This document shows, piece by piece, positions 7,974 through 17,452 of a stretch of DNA of 57,468 nt (position 1 is its first letter; each line of letters starts with the position of its first letter). The notes under the pieces were generated by a model. That model saw only the letters and a program-made list of their open reading frames with translations. It made no database searches and was not told the origin of the DNA. Origin of the DNA: a virus (lineage: Duplodnaviria > Caudoviricetes). Position numbers and translations under genes: made by a program. Location of the stretch: IMG/VR virus record IMGVR_UViG_3300043099_000120, positions 1-57,468 of that record; one strand, written 5' to 3'.

Positions 7974-9188
7974 ATGGCCGCAACGAACTTTACGCCGATC
8001 ATTCTGTATCACAGCACAACGGTTTCCGCGACACCGTCTGCTGTGAACCTGAATAACGGCGAACTGGCAATCAACATCACCGATGGCAAGTTGTTCTACA
8101 AGGACAACCTGGGCGCGGTGCAGACGATTGCATCCACGACCGGTGCGGCGTTTACGTGGCCCGGCGCTGGGATTGCGAACAGTACAGGATCGTCATGGGG
8201 CACGTCATACAGCACGACCGGAAGCGGCACGGTTGTGGCGCTGGCCACCTCGCCAGCACTCGTAACTCCGGACCTGGGAACGCCATCAGCCGGCAATCTG
8301 TCGAACTGTACGGCCCTGTCGTTGTCGACTGGCGTATCGGGCACCCTGGCCGTTGGAAACGGCGGGACGGGCATCACGGCCGGCACTTCTGGCGGCATCC
8401 CGTATTTCTCGGCAACGAACACGATTGCAAGTTCTGCGGCGTTGACGGCGAGCGCTCTGGTGATTGGAGGCGGTGCGGGCGTTGCTCCATCAACGACGAC
8501 AACCGGCACCGGGGTTCTGACGGCAATCGGGAATGCGGTCAATACGGCAAACGGTCTGGTGACGCAGACCGCGACGCTGACTTCTAGCGCCTTGTTGCTT
8601 GGCGGCGGATCGGGAACTGGAATTAGCTCAACAACGACGGGCACGGGTGTTGTGACTGCGGTGGGTAACGCGGTAAACACAACCGGCGGGTTGGTCACGC
8701 AGTCCGGGACGCTGACGGCAAGTGCATTGTTGATCGGTGGCGGCGCAAGTACAGCGATCAGCTCGACAACGACTGGTACGGGTGTTCTCACTGCATTGGG
8801 GAACAACGCGAACGCTAGCGGCGGCTTTACGACGATTAACGGTACGGCCACGCTGACGAACAAGCGGATTGATCCGCGGGTCTCGAGTGCTGCTTCAGCA
8901 TCGACCCTGGACCCAGACATTTCTGCATATGATCAGTATGCGTTTACAGCGCTGGCGTCAGCATTGCAGATCAACGCGCCGACTGGCACTCCGGTTGATG
9001 GCAACAGGCTTATCTTTCGGCTCTTAGATGATGGTACGTCGCGAGCGTTGACCTGGAACGGTACCTACACACCGATTGGCGTGACGTTGCCAACTTCAAC
9101 GACAATCAGCAAGACCACCTATGTCGGCTGCATCTACAACGCCAACAACACGCGTTGGGATGTGGTGGCTGTTACGACCCAAGCTTAA
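7974..9188 (+). CDS. Tail fibre/spike protein
   Basis: N-terminal TPSAVNLNNGELAINITDGKLFYKD fibre-head motif; three STTTGTGV.TA.GN repeats; C-terminal beta domain. Confidence 0.75.
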   Translation: MAATNFTPIILYHSTTVSATPSAVNLNNGELAINITDGKLFYKDNLGAVQTIASTTGAAFTWPGAGIANSTGSSWGTSYSTTGSGTVVALATSPALVTPDLGTPSAGNLSNCTALSLSTGVSGTLAVGNGGTGITAGTSGGIPYFSATNTIASSAALTASALVIGGGAGVAPSTTTTGTGVLTAIGNAVNTANGLVTQTATLTSSALLLGGGSGTGISSTTTGTGVVTAVGNAVNTTGGLVTQSGTLTASALLIGGGASTAISSTTTGTGVLTALGNNANASGGFTTINGTATLTNKRIDPRVSSAASASTLDPDISAYDQYAFTALASALQINAPTGTPVDGNRLIFRLLDDGTSRALTWNGTYTPIGVTLPTSTTISKTTYVGCIYNANNTRWDVVAVTTQA

Positions 9189-9198
9189 GGAGCAACCA

Positions 9199-9471
9199 AT
9201 GATCAAGATTGACTTCGAGTTTCAGACGCCGCATGGCAAGTTTGCGGACGCTTTGCATCTGCCAGAGAACCATGGCTTGAGCGAAGCAGAGATCCAGGCA
9301 ATGAAAGAGCAGCGCCGGGATAACTGGATTGCCATCGTGACTGCGCCGCCTGTTGAGCAGTTGGAAACTACCAAAGAGATTGGTGGTGAGGTGTATCAGA
9401 AGCTAGAGGGTGTTCCTCCTGCTGGCGCAAAGCTGGTCGAAGTCGAAGGCGTTTGGTATTACAAGGTGTAA
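9199..9471 (+). CDS. Small fibre-associated protein (possible chaperone)
   Basis: AAGGAG RBS before ATG 9199; MIKIDFEFQTPHGKFADALHL...; lies between fibre genes. Confidence 0.75.
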   Translation: MIKIDFEFQTPHGKFADALHLPENHGLSEAEIQAMKEQRRDNWIAIVTAPPVEQLETTKEIGGEVYQKLEGVPPAGAKLVEVEGVWYYKV

Positions 9472-9474
9472 GCC

Positions 9475-12400
9475 ATGGCTGACAGGTACTGGGTTGGGGG
9501 TACGGCGAACTGGGATGGTACTGCCGGTACTAAGTGGTCTTTGACCTCTGGTGGGCCGGGGGGTGAAGCCGTGCCTACCAGTGCGGATGATGTGTTTTTT
9601 GACGCTGCGTCAACCGGCACTTGCACGATCAGCGCCGGAAACACTGGGGCCAAGTCAATCAACTGTACCGGGTTCACGGGAACCTTGGCGGGCTCTGCTG
9701 CGATAACCGTATCTGGCAGCGTGACGTTTGTCGCTGGAATGACGCTGACTTACAATGGCACATTGACCCTGAATGCTACGGGTACGCTGACGAGCGGTGG
9801 CAAGACGCTTGGCCCGGTGACGATTAACGGGTCGGGAATTACAGTTACGCTTGGAGATGCACTGACATCATCAGGTTCGATAACAGTTACCAACGGCACT
9901 TTCACCACCAACAACTTCAACGTCACTGCCACATCCCTGTCGTCCAGCACCGTCAACACACGGACGATCAATTTGGGTAGCTCTACGGTGACGTTGAGTG
10001 GCACTAACCCTGTTGACTTTACAAACGGAAACGCCACTCTTACGTTTAATGCAGGAACCTCATTAATTGCTATATCTGGAACAGCAACCACTTTAAGAGG
10101 CGGCGCATCGGGAGGAAGCACTGGGGTTTCTTTTTATAACGTGTCATTTACATCAACAACCGTTACCACGCAAGCTGTCCAAGCCATAAACACATTTAAC
10201 AATTTGACTGTAACTGGGCCAGCTTCTGCTGGCGTGATGCAATTTGTTTTTGACTCCCGCCAAACCATCAACGGCACCCTTTCCACTACTGGCACCGCAG
10301 GCAACCGCCGAGTCTGGTTCCGTAGCGCAACCCACGGCATTGCACAAACTCTCACCATCAACGCCCCACCGAGTCTGACAGACGCAGACTTCCGGGACAT
10401 CTACGTTGTTGGCACTGCTGCGCCGATTTCTGGTACGCGGGTCGGAAATCTACGCGGATGCCGAGGAATCACGTTTGATACGCCTAAGACGGTTTATTGG
10501 AACCTCGCTGGCGCACAGAACTGGTCGGCAACTGGCTGGTCAGATACATCGACCGGTACACCAAACGATAACTTCTTCCCGCTCGCTCAAGACACCGCCA
10601 CGTTTACGAACGCAGGTTCAGTGACGGGCACGATTACGATGAACTCTGCTGTTGCCTATACCGGGACGGTGGATATGTCTGGTCGCACGAGTGCCATGAC
10701 GCTGGCAATTGGAGCAAACTTTACGATCTATGGCGACTGGAAAAACGGTTCTGGAACCACATTAAGCACTGCAAACACCTTGACGTTCTCTGGCCGCAAC
10801 ACGCAAACCATCACCAGCGCAGGCAAGACATTTAGCGGCAACATTGTGGTTGACTCCTACGGCGGTTCCGTCGAGCTTGCTGATGCGCTGAACATTGGGT
10901 TCAACAGCTTTACCGTCACCAACGGCACGTTTGACACCAAGAACTTTAACGTAACCGTTTTTGATTGGTCTTCTAGCAACTCTAACATCAGGGCAATTAC
11001 GCTGGGTAGCAGTACGGTAACGTTAAGTGGTACGTCGGCAGTAGTATTTACTACAGCAACAAATTTAACGTTTAATGCTGGAACTTCGCAAATTACGTTG
11101 ACTACAACATCAACAGCTACTTTTGCTGGTGGTGGGCTGACGTTCTACAACGTATCTTTTACAGGCACCACGGCAGTTACTCATGTTGTTAATGGAGCCA
11201 ACACCTTCAACAATTTGACCATTACCGCCCCCGCTTCTGCGGGTCTGATGGGCTGCACCTTCAATGGAAACCAAACCATCACAGGCACCCTCACCGTCGC
11301 TGGAGCCACAGCAGTTCGCCGTGTATTCCTGCGTTCAGATACCCTCGGCACTACCCGCACTCTCACTGTAGGCACTCTGTCTGCAACTGATTGCGACTTC
11401 CGCGACATCACGATTGCTGGTGCAGCAGCAGGATCATCGCCCACCCGAGCTGGTGACTGCGGTGGGAACTCTGGGATCACGTTCCCGGCTTCAAAGACCG
11501 TTTATTGGAACCTTGCGGGGACACAGAACTGGAGTGCGACAGCATGGGCTCCATCGTCTGGCGGAACACCTGACATCAATCAGTTTCCTCTTGCTCAAGA
11601 CACAGCGGTGTTTGACGAAGCAGGCAGCGTGACGGGGGCGATCACGATCAATGCTGCGTGGAATATCGGTACTTTTGATGCGTCGGCTAGAACGAGTGCG
11701 ATGACGATAAGCAATGGCTCTACTCCTTTTGTTTATGGAGATTGGGGCTTTGGTACCGGGGTTACATCAAGCAACACAAGTAACACGATCACATTTGCTA
11801 AGCGCGGCACTCAAACTATTACTAGTTCTGGGATAGCATTTAAGTGCCCTATTGATGTTAATTCTGTAAATGGGTTGCTTCAATTAGCAGACGCATTTGA
11901 AATTCAGGGCGAACGCAATTTTACACTTACAAGTGGTACTTTTGACGCCGTTACATATAATGTAACACTCGGTTTGAGACTACTTCTCACAGGCTCTACA
12001 ACAAGAACTCTAAAAATGGGCTCAGGCACATGGACTTTAACTGTTGGTGATACTTTTGTAGTTTGGGATGCAACTACTACAACAAACTTAAATTTTTATA
12101 AAGGAACTGCAAACATTTTACTTTCTGGAGCTGGAGTAGGCTCTACAAGAACATTCCACGGCGGCGGTCTTTCCTACAACAAGCTCACCATCGGGGGCAC
12201 CACCGGCACATCTACTACCACCATTACCGGCAACAACCAATTTACCGAGCTTGCCTCGACCAAGACCGTTGCACACACTATAGATTTTGGTTCCACCACC
12301 CAGACCTTTGGCAAGTGGACTGTCACGGGCACCTCTGGCAACGTGGTCACGCTGACGGGTACTGGAACCTCTCACATCCTTGCTGGCGCGTGTACCTCGG

Positions 12401-14652
12401 GTATTGATTACCTTGCAATGGGCAGCATTGGGTTTGCTAACGCATCTCCAGGTGAGTTCTATGCTGGAGCCAACAGCACCGGAACCGCTGGAGCACCCGT
12501 CTACCTTACTGCTAAACCCGCAGACTCCACCCGCTACTGGGTCGGTGGTACGGGCAACTGGTCGGATACTGCGAGATGGTCTACTGGATCTGGTGGTTTG
12601 AGTGGCGCATCGGTTCCAAGAAGCCACGACGATGTGGTATTTGACTCGGCGTCTAACGCGACTGCCTACACTGCTACGGTAAACGCCGTGACTGGCGGCA
12701 TCAGGATGAAGTCGCTCACGATTGCTGGCCCTGCGACTGGGAACGTGACGCTCGCCGGAACGACTGCGATGGTTGGGATTCATGGCAACGTGACGCTGCC
12801 TGCTACGGGGTTAACGAGGACTTATACCGGAGCGATGACGCTATCCAGCAACTCGACGGGTCTGACGTTTACTACTAATGGGGTGATTCTTGCGAGTTTG
12901 ATAGCGATAAATGGTGTTGATTGTGGGTGGAGTTTAGGTAGTGCTCTAGACATTGGATCATCTAATTTAACCGTTACCAATGGATCAATTGATTTTGCAA
13001 CTTACAATTTAACTGCATCACAAATATCTTCAGATAATGGAAATTCCAGAACAATTGATTTTGATACCGGAACAACCACGCTTTCACTTTCTACGCCACT
13101 CAATTTTGGAACAACTGAAACTAACCGCGCCAATCTTACGGTCACTGCAAGCACATCACAAATTAACCTGTCTTCTGCTACTGGGTCGGGTCAATTTAAT
13201 GGCAACAACCAAACGTTCTACAACGTATCTTTTACCAGCACCAGCGGAGGTTCCTTTACCATCAGCGGAGCAAACAGCTTCAACAACCTGTCGTTTACCG
13301 GCCTCACAGCCGCTGGCCTGAAGAACATCAGTCTATCTGCCAACCAAACCGTTACCGGAACACTGACGTTCTCCGCTGGCACCAATGCCACGATGCGGCA
13401 CTTCGTCCGCTCTGACACCATCGGAACGACTCGCACGATCACCACCGCTGCGTTCTCCGGGACTGACGTAGACTTTCGAGACATCACCATCGCTGGAGCT
13501 GCTGCTCCGGTATCCGGAACTCGTTTGGGTGATGCGAAGGGCAACAGCGGGATTACGTTTGTTGCTGGTAAGACCGTCTATGTTCGCTCGACCGGATCAG
13601 CTAACTGGTCATCGTCTACCGGCTGGTCTGCTACGGAAGGTAGCGCAGCGGATGTTACGCAATTCCCTCTGGCTCAAGATACGGTTATTTTTCCTGCGGC
13701 AACGTATCCAGCATCCGGCAGCACGATTACGGTTGATCAGTCCTACAACATCGGCACGATTGACATGTCGTTGAGGACTGGTAACACGGTGACGCTGGCA
13801 ACTGGATCGACCACTCCTCAAGTCTACGGCAACTGGGTCAACGGGACTGGCACGACGCTGACCGGAACCGGAGCCTTGACGTTTGCTGGCCGAGGCAGTC
13901 AGACGATTACGAGTGCGGGTAAGACTTTTACGCAAGGTTTTACGATCAATACGCCCGGTGGTTCAGTAACGCTGCAAGATGCACTTACTAACAGCGCCGC
14001 GTCTGGAAACGGCTTGGATTTGCAAAGCGGAACTTTCGATGCGGCTACGTTTAATGTAACTTTTTCTGGAAATTCGGCGGTGGCGCTTGGAAATAGTACG
14101 GCGCAAAGAACGTGTGCTTTTGGTTCCGGGTTGTGGACTATTGTTGGGAATACGTTTAGTGCAAACCCGCCGACTAACCTCACCGTCACCGGCACCGGCA
14201 CCATCAGTCTGACCAGCGGGTCTTCTAAGACCTTCGCAGGCGGCGGCATTGCCTACACCAATATCACGTTAAACCAAGGCGGTAACGGTACGCTGACAAT
14301 CACCGGCAATAACACCTTCAAATCTATTACCAGCACCGCTGCGGGTGCGAACACAATCAACATCGGCACGACAACCCAGCGGATCACGACCTCATGGACT
14401 GCTGCTGGCACTGCGGGTAACATCCTAACGGTCCAAGGTACATCGGCAGCATCTCCGGGTACGCTGATCTTGACCGGTGCAACGAAGCCGAACGTTGACT
14501 ATCTAACAATCACGGGTGTGCGGGCGTACAGTCTTCTGGATACATGGTATGCCGGCACAAACTCAACAAACAACGGTAGTCTTGGGTGGTACTTTGAGGC
14601 GGCTCCTGTGCCTTCTACCGCAACTGGCAACTTCTTCTTGGTGTTCGGATGA
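9475..14652 (+). CDS. Large beta-helix-like receptor-binding/fibre protein of five ~340-aa modules (1725 aa)
   Basis: Module starts YWVGG/YWNLAG/YVRSTG..NW at 9487, 10495, 11503, 12535 and 13579; T/G/S/N-rich; ends NFFLVFG. Confidence 0.8.
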   Translation: MADRYWVGGTANWDGTAGTKWSLTSGGPGGEAVPTSADDVFFDAASTGTCTISAGNTGAKSINCTGFTGTLAGSAAITVSGSVTFVAGMTLTYNGTLTLNATGTLTSGGKTLGPVTINGSGITVTLGDALTSSGSITVTNGTFTTNNFNVTATSLSSSTVNTRTINLGSSTVTLSGTNPVDFTNGNATLTFNAGTSLIAISGTATTLRGGASGGSTGVSFYNVSFTSTTVTTQAVQAINTFNNLTVTGPASAGVMQFVFDSRQTINGTLSTTGTAGNRRVWFRSATHGIAQTLTINAPPSLTDADFRDIYVVGTAAPISGTRVGNLRGCRGITFDTPKTVYWNLAGAQNWSATGWSDTSTGTPNDNFFPLAQDTATFTNAGSVTGTITMNSAVAYTGTVDMSGRTSAMTLAIGANFTIYGDWKNGSGTTLSTANTLTFSGRNTQTITSAGKTFSGNIVVDSYGGSVELADALNIGFNSFTVTNGTFDTKNFNVTVFDWSSSNSNIRAITLGSSTVTLSGTSAVVFTTATNLTFNAGTSQITLTTTSTATFAGGGLTFYNVSFTGTTAVTHVVNGANTFNNLTITAPASAGLMGCTFNGNQTITGTLTVAGATAVRRVFLRSDTLGTTRTLTVGTLSATDCDFRDITIAGAAAGSSPTRAGDCGGNSGITFPASKTVYWNLAGTQNWSATAWAPSSGGTPDINQFPLAQDTAVFDEAGSVTGAITINAAWNIGTFDASARTSAMTISNGSTPFVYGDWGFGTGVTSSNTSNTITFAKRGTQTITSSGIAFKCPIDVNSVNGLLQLADAFEIQGERNFTLTSGTFDAVTYNVTLGLRLLLTGSTTRTLKMGSGTWTLTVGDTFVVWDATTTTNLNFYKGTANILLSGAGVGSTRTFHGGGLSYNKLTIGGTTGTSTTTITGNNQFTELASTKTVAHTIDFGSTTQTFGKWTVTGTSGNVVTLTGTGTSHILAGACTSGIDYLAMGSIGFANASPGEFYAGANSTGTAGAPVYLTAKPADSTRYWVGGTGNWSDTARWSTGSGGLSGASVPRSHDDVVFDSASNATAYTATVNAVTGGIRMKSLTIAGPATGNVTLAGTTAMVGIHGNVTLPATGLTRTYTGAMTLSSNSTGLTFTTNGVILASLIAINGVDCGWSLGSALDIGSSNLTVTNGSIDFATYNLTASQISSDNGNSRTIDFDTGTTTLSLSTPLNFGTTETNRANLTVTASTSQINLSSATGSGQFNGNNQTFYNVSFTSTSGGSFTISGANSFNNLSFTGLTAAGLKNISLSANQTVTGTLTFSAGTNATMRHFVRSDTIGTTRTITTAAFSGTDVDFRDITIAGAAAPVSGTRLGDAKGNSGITFVAGKTVYVRSTGSANWSSSTGWSATEGSAADVTQFPLAQDTVIFPAATYPASGSTITVDQSYNIGTIDMSLRTGNTVTLATGSTTPQVYGNWVNGTGTTLTGTGALTFAGRGSQTITSAGKTFTQGFTINTPGGSVTLQDALTNSAASGNGLDLQSGTFDAATFNVTFSGNSAVALGNSTAQRTCAFGSGLWTIVGNTFSANPPTNLTVTGTGTISLTSGSSKTFAGGGIAYTNITLNQGGNGTLTITGNNTFKSITSTAAGANTINIGTTTQRITTSWTAAGTAGNILTVQGTSAASPGTLILTGATKPNVDYLTITGVRAYSLLDTWYAGTNSTNNGSLGWYFEAAPVPSTATGNFFLVFG

Positions 14653-14813
14653 TGGACAAACTCATTAAACTCGAGCTCACGGTCAAAGAGATCGACTTGG
14701 CCTTGCTAGGCATCAGCAAGCTACCTCTTGGCGATGTGCTGGATCTGTTCAACAAGATCCGCACGCAGTCGCTCGAACAACTTCAACCCCCGGCACAAGA
14801 CCCTGGAGCATAG
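14652..14813 (+). CDS. Small helical protein (53 aa), possible fibre chaperone; absent from the ORF track
   Basis: TGATG overlap with the previous stop; MDKLIKLELTVKEIDLALLGISKLPLGDVLDLFNKIRTQSLEQLQPPAQDPGA. Confidence 0.75.
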   Translation: MDKLIKLELTVKEIDLALLGISKLPLGDVLDLFNKIRTQSLEQLQPPAQDPGA

Positions 14814-14815
14814 GC

Positions 14816-15037
14816 ATGGATGTGCAGGTCGTGTTTAACGTCATTGTTGGCATCGCGGCGTTCTTTGGCGGCTGGGTGTTGAACAACATCACGAAGGCGA
14901 TTGAGCGCCTGGATGCGGACGTGCGCGACATGCCGCATACCTATGTGACGAAAAGCGAGTATCACCGCGACATTGACGAGCTGAAGGACATCTGCAAGCA
15001 GATCTTCAACAAGCTTGACAACAAGGCCGACAAATGA
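14816..15037 (+). CDS. Single-TM holin-like protein
   Basis: N-terminal TM segment (VVFNVIVGIAAFFGGWVL) then coiled coil; immediately upstream of the endolysin. Confidence 0.6.
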   Translation: MDVQVVFNVIVGIAAFFGGWVLNNITKAIERLDADVRDMPHTYVTKSEYHRDIDELKDICKQIFNKLDNKADK

Positions 15038-15510
15038 ACTTTGACACTGCCTTTCATACGCTTTTGGGCCACGAGGGGTCGTACTCAAATCATCCAAATG
15101 ATCCGGGTGGCGAGACAATGTGGGGCATCACGATTGCGGTAGCACGAGAGCATTGCTACGACGGCCCGATGAAAGACATGCCGACTGATGTAGCAAAGTC
15201 AATCTATAAAAAGTCATACTGGGACGCGGTGCGTGCAGACGAACTGCCTGCATTGATACGGTATGCGGTCTTTGATGCCGCGGTGAATAGTGGTGTTGGG
15301 ACTGCGGTGCGCTGGTTGCAGCAGTCTGTTGGAGCAAATCCTGACGGTGTCCTCGGCCCGAAGACCTTGGCTGCGCTCCATGAAGTCAATCCTGATGGTC
15401 TGCTTCGGAAGATGTTGGCTCGACGGCTTCGTGCAATGACGGACATGTTTGGCTGGCCGTCGTTCTCAAAAGGCTGGGCTAGACGTATTGCGAGCCTTCT
15501 GGAGGCATAA
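15034..15510 (+). CDS. Endolysin, glycoside hydrolase family 108 with a peptidoglycan-binding region
   Basis: HEGSYSNHPNDPGGETMWGIT, FDAAVNSG, DGVLGPKTL, F.KGW.RR motifs. Confidence 0.92.
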   Translation: MNFDTAFHTLLGHEGSYSNHPNDPGGETMWGITIAVAREHCYDGPMKDMPTDVAKSIYKKSYWDAVRADELPALIRYAVFDAAVNSGVGTAVRWLQQSVGANPDGVLGPKTLAALHEVNPDGLLRKMLARRLRAMTDMFGWPSFSKGWARRIASLLEA

Positions 15511-15927
15511 GTGAATACGCTGCGGCAGGAGATTGCAAAGCTTAAAGCCGAGGCGGAAGTAGAACTACGCCGGCTGGACGCTCAAGCGCCTGCGAAAGAA
15601 GTGGCCGGCAAAGCTATTGGCAAGCACGGTCTCTTTTACATCACGTTGATTGTCGTCATTGGGGTTGTTTCGAGTCTGTACTTAGAGTCCGACAAGATTG
15701 CTGCTGTGATGGGGCTGCTAGGTGCTTCGTTGACGGCGTTGATTTCTATGTTGAACGGCATCGCTGGCGCGACTCCGAAGCAGGAAAAGCCCGAGTTCCA
15801 GGTCATCCAGACGTTGATTGATAAGCTTGACAAGCTTGATCGTCAAGACCCGCCCATGAAGGTTGAAGTTACCGAAGGGCGGGTTACTGTGACTAAGGGC
15901 GATGACATCATCACAACGGAGAAGTAA
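15511..15927 (+). CDS. Two-TM membrane protein in the lysis cassette
   Basis: TM segments GLFYITLIVVIGVVSSLYL and IAAVMGLLGASLTALISML. Confidence 0.65.
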   Translation: MNTLRQEIAKLKAEAEVELRRLDAQAPAKEVAGKAIGKHGLFYITLIVVIGVVSSLYLESDKIAAVMGLLGASLTALISMLNGIAGATPKQEKPEFQVIQTLIDKLDKLDRQDPPMKVEVTEGRVTVTKGDDIITTEK

Positions 15928-16428
15928 GTGGCTCCTCTTATCGCAAGTATCGTATCGGGTCTGATCTCCAACAACCTGCCGAAGGTTGCCCAGGCAGTCG
16001 TTGATAAGGGTCTGGACTACGTGCAGGAAAAGACCGGCATCGAGCTAAAGCCTGACATGAACCCGGAGGAGGTGAAAGCCCTGCGGGAAGCGGCTCAGAA
16101 GCATGAAGAGTTCAAAATCGAGCAGGCGAACAAGAACACGGCTGATGCTCGAGCCATGCAGGTAGCAGCGTTGCAGCAAAATGATACGTTTGCCAAGCGG
16201 TACGTCATGTACTTGGCGACGTTCTGGTCGATCACTGCCGTGATGTACATCTTTCTGATCACGTTCACTAACATCCCGGAAACGAACGTGAGGTTTGCGG
16301 ATACGATCCTCGGGTTCCTTCTGGGCACTGTCGTTGCCACCATCCTGAACTTTTTCCTCGGGTCGAGCGCAAGCAGCAAGGAGAAGACGGAAGTGTTGGC
16401 GGCTGAACTTAAAGAGCAGAAAAGATGA
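15928..16428 (+). CDS. Holin-like protein (3TM/GTA-holin-like)
   Basis: D..DARAMQ motif followed by two TM helices and NFFLGSS..SK.K; located in the lysis cassette. Confidence 0.7.
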   Translation: MAPLIASIVSGLISNNLPKVAQAVVDKGLDYVQEKTGIELKPDMNPEEVKALREAAQKHEEFKIEQANKNTADARAMQVAALQQNDTFAKRYVMYLATFWSITAVMYIFLITFTNIPETNVRFADTILGFLLGTVVATILNFFLGSSASSKEKTEVLAAELKEQKR

Positions 16429-16817
16429 GTTCCGCGGTCAAGTCTGATCCTGGCAAGTGGAAACGGATTGTTTCCTCTGTCAAAGCGAGCAGCAAAGGCG
16501 GCAAGCCGGGCCAATGGAGCGCCAGGAAGGCGCAGTTAGCCACCCAGAGATACAAAGCCTCTGGCGGGGGTTACAAAGGGCCTAAAAAAGCCGATAATTC
16601 GCTCACAAAGTGGACGAAGGAGGACTGGGGTACCCGGTCTGGAAAGCCGTCTACGCAGGGTCCAAAAGCTACGGGTGAGCGCTACCTCCCCCGGCAGGCT
16701 CGAGAGAAGCTAACCGCTTCGGAGTACGCCGCTACGACACGCGCCAAGCGTGAGGGGACGCGGCAAGGTAAGCAGTACGTCCCGCAGCCTGAGTCAATCA
16801 AGAAAAAGGTGTGGTGA
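16425..16817 (+). CDS. Small basic protein (DUF5872-like)
   Basis: GQWSARKAQL...YKASGGGYKG...SLTKWTKEDW...GERYLP...GKQYV pattern, family recalled from memory. Confidence 0.65.
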   Translation: MSSAVKSDPGKWKRIVSSVKASSKGGKPGQWSARKAQLATQRYKASGGGYKGPKKADNSLTKWTKEDWGTRSGKPSTQGPKATGERYLPRQAREKLTASEYAATTRAKREGTRQGKQYVPQPESIKKKVW

Positions 16818-17452
16818 TGACAGTCGCTGCCGTAATGACGTATGACTCGTTGGTCAACGACATACAAACCTATCTCGAGCGTACCGACCAAGCCACCATC
16901 GAGAAGATTCCGCAGTTCATCATGCTCGCGGAGCAAGTGATTGCTGCCGAGCTCAAGTTCCTGGGCAACCTGACGGTTGCAGAAAGCACGATGATCCAAG
17001 GCCAGCCGGTGATTGACAAGCCGGCGCGGTGGCGCAAAACCGTGTCAATGAACGTCACGGTGAACGGGCAGAAGTTTCCGGTGTTGCTTCGCAAGTACGA
17101 GTACCTGCGGGAGTATTGGCCGGAGGTGACAGACGAAGACGTGCCTAAGTATTACTGTGACTACGACTACACGCACTGGCTGGTTGCACCGACGCCGGCG
17201 GCGGCGTATTCGTATGAGGTGCTGTATTACGAGCGCGTGCAGCCGCTGGATTCGACCAATCAGACCAACTGGTTTACCGAGTACGCTCCGCAAGCGATGT
17301 TGTACGGGTCATTGTTACAGGCGATGCCATTCCTCAAAAACGATGAGCGGATGGGGATGTGGCAGAGCCAGTACCAACAGATCATGGACGTACTGAAGAC
17401 CGAGGACGTTGCGCGGATCGGGGATAGGCAAACCATGGCGAGGGATTCATGA
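16817..17452 (+). CDS. Head-tail adaptor / tail tubular protein A-like
   Basis: MTYDSLVNDIQTYLER...IPQFIMLAE; P.YY...VAPTP..AY..EVLYY; TNW....PQAMLYGSL. Confidence 0.7.
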   Translation: MTVAAVMTYDSLVNDIQTYLERTDQATIEKIPQFIMLAEQVIAAELKFLGNLTVAESTMIQGQPVIDKPARWRKTVSMNVTVNGQKFPVLLRKYEYLREYWPEVTDEDVPKYYCDYDYTHWLVAPTPAAAYSYEVLYYERVQPLDSTNQTNWFTEYAPQAMLYGSLLQAMPFLKNDERMGMWQSQYQQIMDVLKTEDVARIGDRQTMARDS

